Source: a virus
Reading direction: 5' to 3' (one strand)
IMG/VR virus record: IMGVR_UViG_3300031576_000004
Location: 32,001-96,000 of that record
Length of the DNA: 64,000 nt
Below are positions 1 through 10,111 of this stretch, piece after piece. The position numbers and the translations under genes were made by a program. The notes below the pieces were generated by a model, which worked only from the letters and a program-made list of their open reading frames with translations, searched no databases and was not told where the DNA came from. Positions within the stretch are counted from its first letter, which is position 1; each line of letters starts with the position of its first letter.

Positions 1-60
1 GCGTTTTCTGGTGGCCACCTTTTCCATCAACTGCTTATGTGCTTCGGCCAGTGCCATGTT

Positions 61-1008
61 TTAATGCCCCCTCAGGCCAGAGCCTGCATTCTCTTGTTGC
101 TGATCTACAAACGCATCAGTTGTAAGACTGTTATTAAGGAACTGGATCTTCTCGGTTACATATTGGGCCTTGCCATCCAACAGCAGAGTCGCATGCCTCA
201 GACGATCCTCTTCGGAGATTTGCTCTACGAGAGTATTGACCAAAGTGATTACTGGGTGGTTGCCATTAACAACGCGCACCTGCTGGTGGTGTTCAGTTGT
301 TGGGGAAAGGTCTGTAGAGATCAATTCCTCTCCAACGGCTTCTGCAGTCTTGAGCTGCATTGCTGCGCCATAGACGCCTTCCTTGGCTAGCTTGTGAGCA
401 ATTTTCTTAAAGGTGGTCAGGAGATAGTCGTTGTCAGCCTTAGTTGCTTCCTGGCAAGCATAGATGATGTCCTTGATATCTACGTCGTTCATAACCATCT
501 GCTTGGCGACCTTGTATAGATCCTCTTCGGTCTCTACGCGGGCGCGAACAACTGAAGAGAACTTGTCTGCAATCTCCTGCTTGGCAGCCTTGATTAGATC
601 TACAGCATTCTCTGCTCGCGCCTTCTTCTCTAGGACAGAGTCGCGATTAGAGATTGAACCTATGCCGAACACCTTATTAACATTGAAGTCTTCCCTGATA
701 GGCCTTGGCGCAGACTCATAAGAATCGGCAGTCTTCGCTGGTTCATCTACTTCTTCTAGGGAAGACACGATCTCGTTCAGGTGCGCCACGTCGAAGTGGA
801 AGTTCTTATCCTGTGACGTATTGAACATGTGTCCATAGGTATCAATGTTTGCGCTCTCAACAACCCTTGAGATCTGCTGTGGAGTAAGCCCGTTGTCACC
901 AGCCAGCTTCGAGATTGTCTTATTAAGAGGGACACCATTCTCGAGATATTCACGAGAAGCCTGATGGCCCCACTCAGAGAACTTCTCAGGGCTTAATTCG
1001 GATGGCAT
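61..1008 (-). CDS. Hypothetical protein, probably virion/late (KxA-motif protein)
   Basis: 315-aa ORF downstream of the terminase on the same strand; GGAG-like RBS; KTAD/KTAE/KLAG motifs. Confidence 0.6.
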   Translation of the reverse strand: MPSELSPEKFSEWGHQASREYLENGVPLNKTISKLAGDNGLTPQQISRVVESANIDTYGHMFNTSQDKNFHFDVAHLNEIVSSLEEVDEPAKTADSYESAPRPIREDFNVNKVFGIGSISNRDSVLEKKARAENAVDLIKAAKQEIADKFSSVVRARVETEEDLYKVAKQMVMNDVDIKDIIYACQEATKADNDYLLTTFKKIAHKLAKEGVYGAAMQLKTAEAVGEELISTDLSPTTEHHQQVRVVNGNHPVITLVNTLVEQISEEDRLRHATLLLDGKAQYVTEKIQFLNNSLTTDAFVDQQQENAGSGLRGH

Positions 1009-1067
1009 AGAATGCTCCTATTAAAACTGACATATCTTATCAGCCCAACTATTGGGCGTCAACAGGA

Positions 1068-2804
1068 TTAGATCGTGCCGCCACGATAATAGTAATTGGC
1101 AGCAAGCTTGCAATAAAGAATTGAATGGAATACGTCGTCTGGTTTCCCTTGCTGGTGATTGTAATGCATTATCTGGCGAGACTCGTTGTACTCAGTTTCG
1201 ATATTCATCATTTCCACGGCGTACTCTTTAAACTCGTCGTAATTAAAGAACTTAATATTCTGCTTTTTAATGTCCATAAATAGCTCGGACATCATAATGG
1301 TCCTATCTACAAGGTATCTCTGGGACGCCCCATCGAATTTGGCCCTTAGCTTGGACGATACGTATTGGATCTCCATTACCTTGTGATGTCCGAAGCCTTC
1401 CCTAAGGACTGCGTTCTTATCGGCACCGAAGCCCCAGTCACAGCCTACTAGCTGGACTTGGTAGTTACGCATCATCTGGGCGACGATCTTTGGCTGCACA
1501 GATAAGTCAGACTCTCTGCCCAATAGCTTCTTTATATGGAAGATTGTTACTCGCTTACCGTCCATAATAGCCCCGAAGGTAAGAACGGTATGCGAGCTCT
1601 CTGGGTCCTCAGCACTAGGGCCAGCCCAGTCGATACCCATTACAATTGGATATCTAAAGAAAATTGGATCTACTTGGATCTGGTTCTGTAGCTCATTATC
1701 GCAGCACTGCCTGATTTCCCACTCTGTGACTGGCTTAACGCCTGAGTCGTAAGGCAGACCTAGAACCTCGTTGTGGAACTTCTGAGTGCTGTAATGCTTG
1801 CGCTTCTCTAATATGTCATCATGTTTGATCCAGCTCACCATTAACTGCGAGATCCTGTAGCCTTTCCACTTTGCTCCCTTATTAAGGTCAACCCAGGTGG
1901 CGTCTGGCCGCTGTGGGTAGATCTGCTTCTTGCAGCGCTTGCACTGCAGGAATTCAGGCCCCACAGAGCTATCGTCAAGATAGTTCCAGTAGGCCTTAGA
2001 TTCGCTCTGTTTGGACGATCCAGGCCCCATTAGGTGCAATGTCACACAGTTGCAAGGAACGAGCCACTCCGTTTGAGTAGAGCGTTCCCAGTAGGACTGC
2101 ATGGCCGACGTGGTGGTCTTTGGCGTGCCCGTATAGACCTGGATCTTCATTTCGCCAGGTTCTATTTTGAATGACAGCGTTTCTTCAACGACTGGCAGGT
2201 TCTCTGTTAACAGGTCCTGAAGCTCGTCTACACACAGCAGCGATGCAGACAAACCGCGGACTCGGTCAGCATTCAAGTAGCAGTAGCGCAGGTGGATATT
2301 AGATCCATTAGTAAACGTTCTCTGCAGAACCTTCTTAATGCACTTGGTAGACGTCAACTCGCGTCTAATAGTAGGGCTGTACTCGATTGTGGCCCTCAGC
2401 CTGTCGTTTGAGAACTGTGACGTCTGGATAGACGACGGGCTCACGTAAATGCTTTTGAAGTGCGGAGTTACGGAAGAGTGATAGACAATGAAGTTGGCCA
2501 GCGATGTGCTCTTGGCAACCTGGCGGCCAGACATGATCAAAAGCTTTGGGTAGAACCTATTATAGATCGGCCTTAGGTGCGGCTGCTGGTTCAAAGAGAA
2601 AGGCCGTCCGTTAATCATAATGAAGCGCTCAGCGAACTGTTCCATTGTGACGCCATTAGTCCCAGTCGCCCCTAGAGACGGCGACTTTACCTCTTGGACC
2701 TTCTCGCCGCGCTTCTTAGCTAATATGAACTCGCGTCCCATGGCCTGAGCCTCGGACGGAGTCGCCCTTTCAATGGTTAAGTTCTTAGACTTTAGATCGA
2801 CCAT
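1068..2804 (-). CDS. terL: Terminase large subunit (lambda gpA-like)
   Basis: Walker A-like SGRQVAKS, Walker B LLCVDE, motif III GTP, Zn-ribbon CxC...CKRC, RNase H-like nuclease MGIDW...GCDWG...PDDVFHS. Confidence 0.9.
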   Translation of the reverse strand: MVDLKSKNLTIERATPSEAQAMGREFILAKKRGEKVQEVKSPSLGATGTNGVTMEQFAERFIMINGRPFSLNQQPHLRPIYNRFYPKLLIMSGRQVAKSTSLANFIVYHSSVTPHFKSIYVSPSSIQTSQFSNDRLRATIEYSPTIRRELTSTKCIKKVLQRTFTNGSNIHLRYCYLNADRVRGLSASLLCVDELQDLLTENLPVVEETLSFKIEPGEMKIQVYTGTPKTTTSAMQSYWERSTQTEWLVPCNCVTLHLMGPGSSKQSESKAYWNYLDDSSVGPEFLQCKRCKKQIYPQRPDATWVDLNKGAKWKGYRISQLMVSWIKHDDILEKRKHYSTQKFHNEVLGLPYDSGVKPVTEWEIRQCCDNELQNQIQVDPIFFRYPIVMGIDWAGPSAEDPESSHTVLTFGAIMDGKRVTIFHIKKLLGRESDLSVQPKIVAQMMRNYQVQLVGCDWGFGADKNAVLREGFGHHKVMEIQYVSSKLRAKFDGASQRYLVDRTIMMSELFMDIKKQNIKFFNYDEFKEYAVEMMNIETEYNESRQIMHYNHQQGKPDDVFHSILYCKLAANYYYRGGTI

Positions 2805-3088
2805 TAGACCTTAGACAGTTTTGGCTTAACTACATTAGCTGGTTCGCTAAATAGCTTAGCCATCGAGGCCCTCTGTGCTCTTAGTGCTGGGGTAACTTTT
2901 AGTTTAGTAATGTACTTAGGATCAGCGAAAGCGCTCTCTTTACGAAGGATGTAAGGCTTGCCTTCTAGGATCTTGGCCATAAGAATGGCCTTCTGTGACC
3001 GCATTGCGCGATCTGCAGGAGCCTCTGACAGATCAGCCAGTTTGGCTAATAGTTCGTCTTTAGCCATGAATGACAACCTTCGGATCAA
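2804..3088 (-). CDS. Hypothetical protein
   Basis: ORF abutting the terL start; probable true start MAKDELL. Confidence 0.5.
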   Translation of the reverse strand: MIRRLSFMAKDELLAKLADLSEAPADRAMRSQKAILMAKILEGKPYILRKESAFADPKYITKLKVTPALRAQRASMAKLFSEPANVVKPKLSKV

Positions 3089-3860
3089 TGAGTGTGCGGT
3101 TTAATAGCGGCTGGTCGATACTATCCTTGAATTTTGTAAGCATCGCATCCAGGTTCTTACTTCCACCAACTGCCTCAGATCCTGTCCGTAAGATCGGGTT
3201 GATTGTTTCGCGATCCATAACAGCAAAGGCAGCTTCAAGCGCCTTCTTGGGGTCTGTTTCAGCAATCTTCCTAATCTCAATTCTTGCTTGTTCAAAGTAA
3301 GCTTTTACCTGAGACATTCCTACAACACCGCCCTTGGCAAACTGCTCAATCTCTTCCTTCTGGACCATAATCTCGTTCTTGGCCTGAATTACCTGTTTCC
3401 TATTTCTCCAAAGCCAAGTGAGCAGACCAAGACCAATTGTGGCAGCGCCACCACCGCCAAGCGTCATCGTCATAGCTGTATTAGCCATGCTAGCGATCTT
3501 CTCTTCGTAGTTCTTTTCTTTAGCCTTGTACTCAGAGGTCAGGCGCTGATTCTCTCCTCGGACCATTCTTACTTCAGCGTCGTTCTGGTAGTCTACCTTC
3601 TTCATTGGCGACCCGAGAGACCTAGAAAGGTCAGTAGCCAGGGTATTAGCAACAACAGCGTTGCGGCCACCAGGCTCTACACCATTCTGGACTATGTCAC
3701 GGGTAACATCTACTCCAGCATCACCGAGCTGACGCTCGGTCTCAATATGCTCTTTATCCTTCTCAGGCCCAAGGCCCATATGAGCCAAGCCGAAGATGTT
3801 ACAGCCGGCACCAACAACAGTGAGAATACCGGCCATATACCACAGCGCTTGTCTCTTCAT
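3060..3860 (-). CDS. Putative lipoprotein/membrane protein (possibly lysis-related)
   Basis: Signal peptide with lipobox-like VGAGC, coiled segment and an internal hydrophobic helix (AATIGLGLLTWLW). Confidence 0.5.
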   Translation of the reverse strand: MKRQALWYMAGILTVVGAGCNIFGLAHMGLGPEKDKEHIETERQLGDAGVDVTRDIVQNGVEPGGRNAVVANTLATDLSRSLGSPMKKVDYQNDAEVRMVRGENQRLTSEYKAKEKNYEEKIASMANTAMTMTLGGGGAATIGLGLLTWLWRNRKQVIQAKNEIMVQKEEIEQFAKGGVVGMSQVKAYFEQARIEIRKIAETDPKKALEAAFAVMDRETINPILRTGSEAVGGSKNLDAMLTKFKDSIDQPLLNRTLIDPKVVIHG

Positions 3861-4009
3861 CTCACCCCCCTAAGTTTTCTGGTTCGCCTTCTTTACCTTT
3901 AAATATGTCGTTAATCTCTTTGGCCATCATCTGCTCTTCGTGGAAGCGGCGCAATTCTGACGGAGATAAATCAATATGGAAGCTATCTGTGTATATAATG
4001 CGTATTTGA

Positions 4010-4633
4010 TTAGGCCCTAATAGCATTACCTGTTTCGCATGAAATCTGTTTTCCATGATGGTGTTCTTCCTCCAGAGGAAGCGATGGCGTCACTTCGGAC
4101 GCAACATGCTCATCCAAATAGTCGGCAAGATTTCGAAGCACACCAGAATCTTCATGTGCCAACCCTATAATCACGTTGCATCGATGACAGAGAAGTCTGC
4201 GAATCTTCCCTGTAATGTGGGCATGGTCGACACTTAGCGCCCTTACTTTGCCACCCTTACCGATGGCAGTTTCCTCTTTTTTACACACGGCACAAACGCC
4301 ATTCTGGTCAGCGTGCATAATATCGTACATTTCTTTTGTAATGCCGTATAATTTAAGTCTGCTTCTGACTAGAACATCTGCTCGTTTTTCTGGATGCCTT
4401 TCCAGCCATTTCTTTACAGCCTGAGAGCGTTTGCCTGGGTTTTCTAAAGACCATTTTTTGGCGCGAGCAAGATGTTCATCTCTATGCCCTGCATAATATG
4501 CTCTTTTTTCAGCGCAAACGCATTGTTTGCAACGAGAATATATGCCATCTTTGCTCTGACTGCATTTCGGAAAATCTCTTAAATTCTTAACTTCGCTACA
4601 TTTAGAGCACTGTTTTGTGTCGATCGTCTTCAC
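4010..4633 (-). CDS. Endonuclease VII-family (His-Me) homing-type endonuclease
   Basis: CAVC...LSVDHAHITGKIRRLLCHRCNVIIG motif; N-terminal CxxC Zn finger. Confidence 0.85.
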   Translation of the reverse strand: MKTIDTKQCSKCSEVKNLRDFPKCSQSKDGIYSRCKQCVCAEKRAYYAGHRDEHLARAKKWSLENPGKRSQAVKKWLERHPEKRADVLVRSRLKLYGITKEMYDIMHADQNGVCAVCKKEETAIGKGGKVRALSVDHAHITGKIRRLLCHRCNVIIGLAHEDSGVLRNLADYLDEHVASEVTPSLPLEEEHHHGKQISCETGNAIRA

Positions 4634-4947
4634 TGGGATTGCTCCTTGTTCCTCTTATCGAGGTGGCGGCGCAGTTCCATTCCGCCAACAAAACAAAGCA
4701 GCATTAATATGATAACGATTACCCTGGTTGAGATGAATACAGAATCAGGGTGAACGTGGGTTCCTACGGCAGGCTCCACTAGGACCTCTGCCGCGGGCTT
4801 CTTAGTCAAGATTAACTCTGTAATCTTAATGGCTCCGGTAATAATAGTCGTAGCTAAAGAAACGAGAGCTCCGTATAGGGCATACCTGCCAACGGTGGAC
4901 TCTCCGGTCTTCTGAACAAATGGTTTAATGTCTTTAAATTGCATCAT
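4630..4947 (-). CDS. Small protein with two transmembrane segments (holin-like)
   Basis: Two hydrophobic segments and a basic C-terminus. Confidence 0.4.
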   Translation of the reverse strand: MMQFKDIKPFVQKTGESTVGRYALYGALVSLATTIITGAIKITELILTKKPAAEVLVEPAVGTHVHPDSVFISTRVIVIILMLLCFVGGMELRRHLDKRNKEQSQ

Positions 4948-4954
4948 TTTTTAC

Positions 4955-5458
4955 CTATGGCTTCTCAACGAATGAAGACTGGTTCTTCTTGTCGCCCATA
5001 TATCTCACTGCAAGCCCAGCCTTAATCAGCTCCTCGGAAAGATCCTTCAGGACACCGGCCTCATCATATTCTACCTTAGCGAGAAATCTCCCGAACTTCT
5101 CGCTATTGTTGTTCTTAACGGTGGTAATCCTGACGTATTTGTTTTCCACCTTTGATCTTGTGAATTCTGTGGCTTTTTTACCAGCTGTCTTTGTTGCCCC
5201 GTCCTTCTCTGGGGTGTCTGTGCCGTAAAGACGAAGGTTTCCAAGCTGGTATTCCCCATCACCCTCATCGCTCAGGAAGACGACTGTATCGCCGTCAACC
5301 ACACGCAGGATCCTTGCCATCCTGGTATAGTCGTCCTTGACGCTCTTCGGGATCGCGCTCGTATCAAACCCCATATTCAGAGCATCGTTAATACGCTTGG
5401 CCATTTGGGCTATCCTCCGGTTTGGAACCAGCTTATCAGACTTACACCCTTTTATCAA
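4955..5458 (-). CDS. Thermonuclease (SNase-like)
   Basis: RVVDGDTVVF, LRLYGTDTPE, EKFGRFLAKV and LIKAGLA motifs. Confidence 0.85.
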   Translation of the reverse strand: MIKGCKSDKLVPNRRIAQMAKRINDALNMGFDTSAIPKSVKDDYTRMARILRVVDGDTVVFLSDEGDGEYQLGNLRLYGTDTPEKDGATKTAGKKATEFTRSKVENKYVRITTVKNNNSEKFGRFLAKVEYDEAGVLKDLSEELIKAGLAVRYMGDKKNQSSFVEKP

Positions 5459-5471
5459 GGGCTTGTTTTAG

Positions 5472-5480
5472 GGTATAAGA
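5472..5480 (+). promoter_or_regulatory. Putative phage promoter motif GGTATAAGA
   Basis: Intergenic at a strand switch; the motif recurs upstream of several + strand units. Confidence 0.55.
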
Positions 5481-6448
5481 ACTTGGAAGCCTAAATATAA
5501 CTAACTACACAAGGAGAACCACCATGCCCATGCAAATCGAGACTATGGATCCTATCCCTGCCGGCGAGAATCCCTTCCTGTATGACCATTACCATATGGG
5601 AACCAGGATTGGCGAGAATATCATCATCATGCACGCCAAGCACACCGAGCAGAAGCAGGGCTACGTAATTGTCTGCAACACAGAGACTGGAGAGCGCTTC
5701 AAGATCCATTTCGACCAAGTCCAGTCCAAAAAGGACGGACAGATCGCCAGTGTCATGAATATGATTCTGGCCTCGGAGAATATGTGACCTGCAAATTCCG
5801 TTGCCAGAACTGCAGATCAGAGTGGGAGCAGGATAAGCCTGGGATGACCCATTGTCAGAAGTGCCAGAGTCTGTATTGCGACTGGGTTAACTACGAGGAG
5901 GTACGCCATGGGCAAGGTGACGCTTTATCTGCAAGTGCGGGCGTAGAGACACAATAGAGTTGTGCTCCTGGGAGTCCTTCATGGACGAACTCGAGTGCTC
6001 GTGGTGTTTCGCTGCAAGGATCCAAGCTGAAATCGATAAACAACACAATGAAAAGGAGAACACAAAATGAGCGCTGACAATGGCCACTACATTCTCGATT
6101 GTCCTTCTGCTGACGGAAAGGCTCGAGAGTATCGAGTCGCTCACGCCATGGCCATCGAGAACATCTACTGGTGGCCGCTGCCGGGGAAGTTCTTCAAGAG
6201 CGGTCATCCAGCCTCGGAAGAGCGCAACGAGATCTGTCCAGAAGTTCTCGTCGAGTACTTTGGGAGAGCCGTGGTTATCTCCGATAAGGCCGGAGCACTC
6301 CTAAAGGCATCTGAGATGGAAGACGAGTGCCTCAGCTCTTGCGGGTTCGGGTCAGAATACGGCATATCGTTCATCAAATACGATAAGCCGTTTCCTGTGG
6401 CGCAACCACAAACCACTCCATAGTCTAGCTGACTAGATTACGGATAAG

Positions 6449-6487
6449 GCGGGGTGGAGACTTAACCGTCTCCCCCCGCTGATTTTT
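6449..6487 (+). terminator. Intrinsic terminator-like hairpin
   Basis: GCGGGGTGGAGAC / GTCTCCCCCCGC stem followed by GATTTTT. Confidence 0.5.
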
Positions 6488-6503
6488 ACATAGGAGAAAT
6501 GAT

Positions 6504-7160
6504 GTGGAACAAGAAGATCTAACATTCGAAGACCTGCCACATAAGTTGCGACAATACCAGAACGACAAGGCATGTTCTTTCTGTAAGGGCAAATGCTGCA
6601 AGACAATGCCTGGGATCACACACCCAACCGATTGGGGCGCACCAAATAAAAGAGAAATGCTATCGCGCCTAAAAGCCGCGTTTATAAGCGGCCGTTGGGC
6701 GCTCGACTGGTGGGAGGGCGATCCTAGATACGATAATCATCTCGATGCTCCAAATAACTCAAATAGTGTTACCTACTTCGTTCGTCCTGCAGTTAAGAAC
6801 AAAGAGGGCGAGATGAAACATGCCTCATGGGGAGGCGAGTGCACCTTTTTAACTATGGGTGGGTGCTCCCTAGAACACGATGATCGCCCAACGGAATGCA
6901 GAGCTCTGGAGCCGAACCAGAAGGTCTTCACAGATAAGACAGTCGGCTGCATATCAAAGCTTGGCGAAAAGAAAGAATTCACCATAGAGTGGCTCCCTTA
7001 TCAAAAGGTCGTTAAGGAAGCAATCTCTCAGGCAGAGGGAAGCTTGATCGATACTCCTACAATAGATTATGTCAGAGAGGCAGCCAGAGATCGGGTTAGA
7101 TTTAATAGGGGGAAAGAAGTCAATGACAGCACCAGGGATACTGCCACTAATAACGCCTGA
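6504..7160 (+). CDS. YkgJ-like cysteine-cluster (CxxCxxxCC) protein
   Basis: CSFCKGKCC...ECTFL...GCSL..DRPTECR pattern. Confidence 0.7.
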   Translation: MEQEDLTFEDLPHKLRQYQNDKACSFCKGKCCKTMPGITHPTDWGAPNKREMLSRLKAAFISGRWALDWWEGDPRYDNHLDAPNNSNSVTYFVRPAVKNKEGEMKHASWGGECTFLTMGGCSLEHDDRPTECRALEPNQKVFTDKTVGCISKLGEKKEFTIEWLPYQKVVKEAISQAEGSLIDTPTIDYVREAARDRVRFNRGKEVNDSTRDTATNNA

Positions 7161-7421
7161 GCTTGAGCTTCCGGATGAACTTGTTTTCGTCGATTGCGAA
7201 ATAAGAGATTTTTTCAAAGGCAAGCCTTACGTCTATGGAATCCCGACAATGGTCCAACTAAACAAAAACATGAAGACGTTGCTCGATCCATACGGTCACG
7301 ACAGCATGATATCTCGCCTTAGAGAGTTGACGCAGCAAATAGGCCAGCTGCGTCGTGATCTAGCTACGGTAAACGGCTCCGTTAACAAACTCTTAAAACC
7401 ACAAGAACATCAGGAGAGCAT

Positions 7422-7979
7422 ATGAACTGCATTAATTGCGGAAACGAATTCGACGAGAGCTTGCTATATAAAGTCCAGCCAGAAAATAGCACGCAGAGGT
7501 GGTGTGTCGTATGTGGTGCCAAGGAAGAAGCCCGAAGCGCAGAAGACGACGGTCTAATCAGCTCCGATAAGCGCATTCGGCCCGCCCGCTATAGGCTAGA
7601 CAGTGCTCTGTGGAAGAAGAACGACTACGACAACAAGCCCGCAAGAGCAACAAAGCTAGATTCAGCGGTGGGGCAGAAGAAGGTCCATCCAAAGGCGCAG
7701 GCTGGGCAGATCACAATCCAAATGCCGCAGCTATCTGCCGGCGCAATGAAGACAATACAAAAGCAACAGACTCAGGCCGCGGTTGCTGCGCAGACAACCA
7801 TTGCTAACGAAGATGTTGTTGCCAAGCTCGCCGCAATCGCGAAGCTTGTTTATCGCGTCTACCAGCAGGAAGAGAGTGATGGAACCGATCACGGCTCAGA
7901 CACAGTCGAGGCCATGGAAGGCGTTAAGGATCTGTACCAGGACGCAACTGGAGAAGAGCTTGACTTCGATAGAATATAA
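7422..7979 (+). CDS. Hypothetical Zn-ribbon protein directly upstream of the pentamer array
   Basis: CINC...CVVC, AGGAG RBS. Confidence 0.6.
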   Translation: MNCINCGNEFDESLLYKVQPENSTQRWCVVCGAKEEARSAEDDGLISSDKRIRPARYRLDSALWKKNDYDNKPARATKLDSAVGQKKVHPKAQAGQITIQMPQLSAGAMKTIQKQQTQAAVAAQTTIANEDVVAKLAAIAKLVYRVYQQEESDGTDHGSDTVEAMEGVKDLYQDATGEELDFDRI

Positions 7980-7996
7980 GTGATATAAGTTCTTCC

Positions 7997-9411
7997 AGCA
8001 TAGCCAAGCAATACATACTCAAACCGAGCAGCAAAACAGAACAGTACCGGCCCTGACGCAGCAGCTTGACGTAATGGCTCCCCATCCGATTTAGCAGCTA
8101 CATCCGACACGGCTACACGACATCGCACTGAGCAGCGAGACCAGATATCATATTCACCCGACCTCATGGAGCAGTGCGACGAAACGGAATGCGATTGATC
8201 CCCATATGACGTAGCGGCGGGACGTAATGAGATTAAACCGAATGAAGCACTACCGCATGGAGCAGCTACACTTCACCCGACTTCGCGACGCGATATGGAG
8301 CAGCGACACACCATTTCGTGACTCGTAATCGAACGTGATACAGCAGCAAGGCGAGACAACATGGTATTGAGACGTTATATAGCAGCGACGCGAGACGCGG
8401 CACGACGGGGTTACGCCAGATGAAGCAGCATCACGACATAAGACGAGACAAAGATTTCACGAGATGTAGCAGTTACACCTCATCCGATGCGCCGAGACGA
8501 GATCCAGCAGCTACGCAAGACCAAACCTCACGGGATAACATGCATTTAAAGCGGCTAAACCCCACCACGCCACATTCTATGCAATTGAATGACATGCATT
8601 CATAGCAGCGAGCTCCTACACCATCCAACTTTATGGGACGCCACGCCCTGTCATAAAGCAGCAAGACGTCACGGGACTTGATTTCGTATCATCCCATGGA
8701 GCAGCAAGATAAGACCGCTCAGCACGTAAGTTTCATGAAGCAGCAAGACGACATTACATATACTCCTTATCCAGCAGCATCATACGGCTACACTGGACGA
8801 GACCTAATGTGACGTAGCAGCGTAACGCCATGTTCCCGCACCGTATTAAACGTAGCAGCGAGATTACACCGGACCGGATTTCATAAGACGAAGCGGCAAG
8901 GCAAGACCACACCAGATCAGTTACCATGAAGCGGCACAGCACAACCTGACGAGATGACCCACATTCTCACAAGATACATTCGTAGCGGCATCATAATGCT
9001 GGACGACACATCTCAAGATGCAGCAGCAAAATGACACACCCTTTGACGAAGCAGCGAGCCATGACCAGATGTTCCCGAATATAGGCCTAGCGGCTACATA
9101 TGACGACATACGGCACAGCAAAGCAGCTTCACGACACGAGGCGCGGTCAGACAAGATCTAGCAGCAACATAACACTACTCTGGACTTAATATGATGAAGC
9201 AGCAAGATCCGGCACGACCTCTAGTTACAATACTTGATGCAGCAGCATGACGAGTCGAAATCGGCATAAGATGGCACAGGATGAAGCAGCCAGACGAGGC
9301 GAGACTGAGGCACGGCTACACGGCATGAAGCAGCTACACACAATAGAATCCCACGATGCTCGATAAATTCATAGCAGCAGGACGAGACACCACTACATTT
9401 CATGGAGCGGC
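7997..9411 (+). repeat. Non-coding pentamer-periodic array (NN-VAY units delimited by AGCAGC/AGCGGC); candidate guide-RNA array
   Basis: 35 delimiters from 8027 to 9406 enclose 34 units of length 8+5n (22 exact, 12 with one extra nt); no credible ORF. Confidence 0.9.
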
Positions 9412-9826
9412 TAAATGAAAACAAAGTATAAGAAGAAAGACACGAAGGTCCTTGTGGACCTTCTCAGTCTGGTCAGCTGTTCTGTTTCAGAGGGATTCCT
9501 AAATACCCTGACACAAGCGCAACGCGATGAGGCTGACAAGTGGGCATGGCGAGAGCATATGGTCGCAAGCGATCACAGAGAATTAAAGAGACTTCAAAGA
9601 CCCGCATTCCTTCCAAAGGGGTAACACATGAAGGGCAACGATATGATCCCAAGGAAATCTGGCCTTAAAGACAGGTCTGTTGGATGGGGTGGCCAAAAGT
9701 GTCCATGCTGCAAGGTCAGCTCTGCTGTAATGAAGCTAGAACACCGGCGCATTCGCAGGATCCTAAAGCAGGGCACTAGGAACACGAACCCATACGTTGG
9801 CGAGATGTAATCAGGTATAAGGACTT

Positions 9827-10111
9827 ATGAAGAAATCCATAGCTAAAAAAGTGGACCATCCAGCCCATTACAACGCTGGGAAGATCGAGGTTATCGACGC
9901 TATTGAGTCCTGGGGCCTTGGCTTCCACCTAGGCAACGTCGTAAAATACGTAGCCAGAGCCAGGCACAAAGATAATTACCTAGAGGATATTCTGAAGGCC
10001 AATTGGTACCTTGAGCGCGCCATTAACAAAGAGTTAAAAGAAGAGAAAACATGGGGGAAAGCCTTCGCCGAAAGGAAATGCCGTGACCGCAAAGCTAGGC
10101 GCAGAACATAA
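9827..10111 (+). CDS. DUF3310-like phage protein
   Basis: VDHPAHYNAGKIEVIDAI...GNVVKYVARA..K...EDILKANWYL. Confidence 0.85.
   Translation: MKKSIAKKVDHPAHYNAGKIEVIDAIESWGLGFHLGNVVKYVARARHKDNYLEDILKANWYLERAINKELKEEKTWGKAFAERKCRDRKARRRT

Noticed and set aside
7997-9411. Canonical CRISPR array or TIGR-type array
   Set aside because: The only constant element is 6 nt, unit length varies in 5-nt steps and the inter-delimiter sequence is itself patterned. There is no long direct repeat, no fixed 36-nt unit, and no cas1/cas2 or Nop-domain gene in the window.
7889-9424. Short ORFs (61-92 aa) called across the array
   Set aside because: No evident RBS, Cys/Arg/Ser-rich low-quality translations and period-5 structure; they are by-products of the repeat.
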